In this document: positions 42,802-45,708 of the stretch, piece after piece
Numbering within the stretch: the first letter of the stretch is position 1
Layout of the letters: each line of letters starts with the position of its first letter
Assembly (NCBI GenBank): GCA_964242885.1
Contig: CAXTBU010000009.1
Location: forward strand, 5,015-50,722
Direction: 5' to 3'
DNA length: 45,708 nt
Source of the DNA: an uncultured Actinomycetales bacterium
Lineage (GTDB): Bacteria > Actinomycetota > Actinomycetes > CAXTBU01
Notes under the pieces: model-generated
What the model saw: only the letters and a program-made list of their open reading frames with translations
What the model was told of the DNA's origin: nothing
Databases searched by the model: none
Position numbers and translations under genes: made by a program

Positions 42802-43463
42802 CCACGATGTCCACCTCCGCCGCCACCCACCCCGCACCCGTCTCCCCCACCGGAACTGCCGGCCTCGGCGGGGCGGTCCGCCGGTACGGCGCCGCCCTGC
42901 GCACCCTGATCGTGCTCACCCTCGTCACCGGACTGGCCTACCCACTGCTCGTCGCCGGGATCGGCGCGGTGGCGGTGCCGGGCCGCGCCGCCGGATCACT
43001 GCTCTCCTCCGGTGGTCAGACCGTCGGGTCGTCGCTGATCGGCCAGTCCTTCACCGACGCCCGGGGCGTCGCGCTGCCGCAGTGGTTCCAGACCCGGCCC
43101 ACCGCCTACCCCGACTCCCCCTACGACGGCGCGGCCAGCGCCGCCTCGAACCTGGGACCGGAGAGCACCGATCTGCTCAAGACGGTCCAGGACCGGCGGG
43201 CCGCGGTCGCCGCCGAGAACGGGGTGTCACCGGCCCAGGTCCCGCCGGACGCGCTGACCGCCTCGGGGTCGGGGCTGGAACCGTTCATCTCCCCCGCCTA
43301 CGCGGAGCTCCAGGTGGCGCGGGTGGCGCGCGCCCGCGGCCTGCCGGCCGAGCGCGTCCGGCAGCTCGTCGCCGACAACACGCAGGGCCGCCAGCTCGGC
43401 TTCCTGGGCGAGCCGCGGGTCAACGTGGTCACCCTGAACGCCGCACTGGCCCAGACCGGCTGA
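42798..43463 (+). CDS. kdpC: K+-transporting ATPase subunit C
   Basis: [38 protein letters not shown]. Confidence 0.97.
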   Translation: MTTMSTSAATHPAPVSPTGTAGLGGAVRRYGAALRTLIVLTLVTGLAYPLLVAGIGAVAVPGRAAGSLLSSGGQTVGSSLIGQSFTDARGVALPQWFQTRPTAYPDSPYDGAASAASNLGPESTDLLKTVQDRRAAVAAENGVSPAQVPPDALTASGSGLEPFISPAYAELQVARVARARGLPAERVRQLVADNTQGRQLGFLGEPRVNVVTLNAALAQTG

Positions 43464-43497
43464 CCCGCGGATGACAGCGCGACCGGACAATGGGCCC

Positions 43498-45708
43498 ATG
43501 GCCGGGTCGCGGGGCGTGCTGCGCGTCTTCCTCGGCGCCGCGCCCGGCGTCGGGAAGACCTACGCGATGCTCGAGGAGGCTCACCGGCGCGCGGAACGGG
43601 GCACCGACCTGGTCGTCGGCGTCGTGGAGGACCACGGCCGACCGCAGACCAGGGCCCGGCTGGCCGGTCTGGAGGTGGTGGCCCGCCGGATCGTCGACCA
43701 CCGCGGCACGACGCTGACCGAGCTCGACGTCGACGCCGTGCTGGCCCGGCGCCCCGAGGCGGTGCTGGTCGACGAGCTCGCCCACACCAACGCCCCGGGC
43801 GGCCGGCACGACAAGCGGTGGCAGGACGTCGAGGAGCTGCTGGACGCCGGCATCGACGTGGTCACGACGGTGAACGTCCAGCACCTGGAGTCGCTCAACG
43901 ACGTCGTGCGGGCCATCACCGGGGTCGAGCAGCGGGAGACCGTGCCCGACGGGGTGGTCCGGGCCGCCGAGGCCATCGAGCTGGTCGACATGAGCCCGGA
44001 CGCGCTGCGACGCCGGATCGCCCACGGCAACGTGTACGCCGCGGACAAGGTCGACGCCGCCCTGTCCCGCTACTTCCGGACCGGGAACCTGACCGCGCTG
44101 CGCGAGCTGGCGCTGCTGTGGGTGGCCGACCGGGTCGACGACGCACTGCAGCGCTACCGCGCCGAGAACGACATCGCCTCGGCCTGGCCGGCCCGCGAGC
44201 GGGTGGTCGTCGCCCTCACCGGCGGGCGCGAGGGCGAGACGCTGATCCGCAGCGCCGCGCGCATCGCCGGCCGGGCCGTCGGCGGTGAGCTGGTCGCCGT
44301 CTACGTCGCGCGCGGCGACGGCATCGCCGGCAGCTCGCCGGCCGACCTGGTCCGCCAGCGGCACCTCGTGGAGTCGCTCGGCGGGACCTTCTCGACGGTG
44401 ACCGGCGAGGACGTCGCAGCCGCGATCCTCACCTTCGCCCGCGGGGTCAACGCGACCCAGGTCGTGATCGGCATCTCCCGCCGCTCCCGGCTGGCCGCCC
44501 TGCTCACCCGGGGCGTCGGCGAGGCCGTCATCGACGGGTCCGGCGACATCGACGTGCACGTGGTCACCCACGTCGACAGCAGGTCCGTCCGCCCCTGGCC
44601 GGGGCGCCGCACCCGCCGGAGCTCGCCGCTGGGCACCCGCCGGCGAACCGTCGCCTGGATCGCGGCGCTGGCCCTGCCGGCCGCGCTGACCGCGGCCCTG
44701 GGGTCGGGGGCCGCCCCGGTCGACCTGTCGCTGCACCTGATGCTGTACCTGGCCGCGACGGTCGTGGTCGCCCTCGTCGGCGGGTTCCTGCCGGCGCTGC
44801 TGTGCGCGGTCGCCGGCGGGGTGCTGGTCGACGTGTTCTTCACCGAGCCCCGCGGCAGCCTGGCCGTGAGCAGCTGGCCGGTCGGCGTCGCGGTGCTGGT
44901 GTCGGTGGGCCTCGGCGCGGCCGTCGCCTGGGTCGTGGACGCCGCGGCCCGCCGCAGCCAGGAGGCCGCGGACAGCGAGGCGGAGGCGCGCGCGCTGGCG
45001 GTGATGACCTCGACGATGATCCGCAGCCGCGACGCCCTCGACGCGCTGCTGCACCAGGTCGCGGACACCTTCGGGACCACGTCGGTGACCGTGCTGGAGC
45101 GCGGCACCGGCAGCGGGACGACGGCCGGGGACACCGGGCACGGCGGGCGCGAGGAGGACTGGTCGGTCCGGGCCTCGGTCGGCGACCGGCCGTGCGAGCG
45201 GCCCGACGACGGCGACATCCGCGTCCCGGTCGGCGACGACATGGCCCTGGTGGCGCGGTCGGCGCCGGACCGTCCGCTGCGGGCCCGCGACCGGCGGCTG
45301 CTGGAGGCGTTCGCCGCGCAGGCGTCCACGGTGCTGGAGGCGCGGCGGCTGCAGCGCGAGGCGGGACGGGCGCGCCGGGCCGCCGACAGCAACGCGCTGC
45401 GGACCGCCCTGCTGGCGGGGGTGAGCCACGACCTGCGCACCCCGCTGGCCGCGATCAAGGCGGCCGTGTCCAGCCTCCGCCAGCCCGACGTCGTGTTCGA
45501 CGCGGCCGACACCGCCGAGCTGCTCGCCGGCATCGAGTCCGGCACCGACCGGCTCGACGGGGTCGTCGGCAACCTGCTGGACATGACCCGGCTGCAGACC
45601 GGCGATCTCACCGTCCACCGGGAGCGGGTCGACCTCGGCGAGGTCGTCGACCGGGCGCTGCTGTCCACCGGCGCGCCGTCGGTCCCGCCCAGCCGGCCCG
45701 GCGCGACC
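43498..45708 (+). CDS. kdpD: Sensor histidine kinase KdpD, 3' end outside window
   Basis: Manual translation: MAGSRGVLRVFLGAAPGVGKTYAML..VDELAHTNAPG..NVQHLESLND, USP-like region, TM bundle, H-box VSHDLRTPLAAIK. Confidence 0.95.
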   Translation, partial: MAGSRGVLRVFLGAAPGVGKTYAMLEEAHRRAERGTDLVVGVVEDHGRPQTRARLAGLEVVARRIVDHRGTTLTELDVDAVLARRPEAVLVDELAHTNAPGGRHDKRWQDVEELLDAGIDVVTTVNVQHLESLNDVVRAITGVEQRETVPDGVVRAAEAIELVDMSPDALRRRIAHGNVYAADKVDAALSRYFRTGNLTALRELALLWVADRVDDALQRYRAENDIASAWPARERVVVALTGGREGETLIRSAARIAGRAVGGELVAVYVARGDGIAGSSPADLVRQRHLVESLGGTFSTVTGEDVAAAILTFARGVNATQVVIGISRRSRLAALLTRGVGEAVIDGSGDIDVHVVTHVDSRSVRPWPGRRTRRSSPLGTRRRTVAWIAALALPAALTAALGSGAAPVDLSLHLMLYLAATVVVALVGGFLPALLCAVAGGVLVDVFFTEPRGSLAVSSWPVGVAVLVSVGLGAAVAWVVDAAARRSQEAADSEAEARALAVMTSTMIRSRDALDALLHQVADTFGTTSVTVLERGTGSGTTAGDTGHGGREEDWSVRASVGDRPCERPDDGDIRVPVGDDMALVARSAPDRPLRARDRRLLEAFAAQASTVLEARRLQREAGRARRAADSNALRTALLAGVSHDLRTPLAAIKAAVSSLRQPDVVFDAADTAELLAGIESGTDRLDGVVGNLLDMTRLQTGDLTVHRERVDLGEVVDRALLSTGAPSVPPSRPGAT

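Overview
High-GC Actinomycetota chromosomal segment. Bases 1-36106 are the core transcription/translation supercluster, all on the minus strand: tRNA-Trp-secE-nusG-rplKA, a lipoprotein gene, rplJL, rpoBC, the str operon (rpsL-rpsG-fusA-tuf), contiguous S10 and spc operons, secY-adk, a DUF1707-like gene, then infA-rpmJ-rpsMKD-rpoA-rplQ (rplQ cut by the window edge). Bases 36271-45708 are on the plus strand: an aspartate-type aminotransferase, an adenosine deaminase and a kdp potassium-uptake locus (extra small membrane peptide, kdpF, kdpABC, partial kdpD). I found no mobile element, CRISPR array or rRNA. Gene content is ordinary; the unusual signal is at residue level. Several normally highly conserved antibiotic-target positions carry resistance-type residues: RpoB D675E/N677G/N684G and S574Y, RpoC A779T, EF-Tu G257S+G275A+R233S, S12 K88R, L11 P25T and an L22 RA->GG hairpin tip. 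Numbering is E. coli-style (K88 is native), aligned by eye to motifs recalled from memory. Lineage drift is an unexcluded alternative to antibiotic selection. Other observations: map is missing after adk, Adk has an atypical LID, the rpsL and rpsJ leaders share a 21-nt hairpin motif, there are several candidate r-protein leader RNAs and three probable leaderless genes, and short tandem duplications are frequent.
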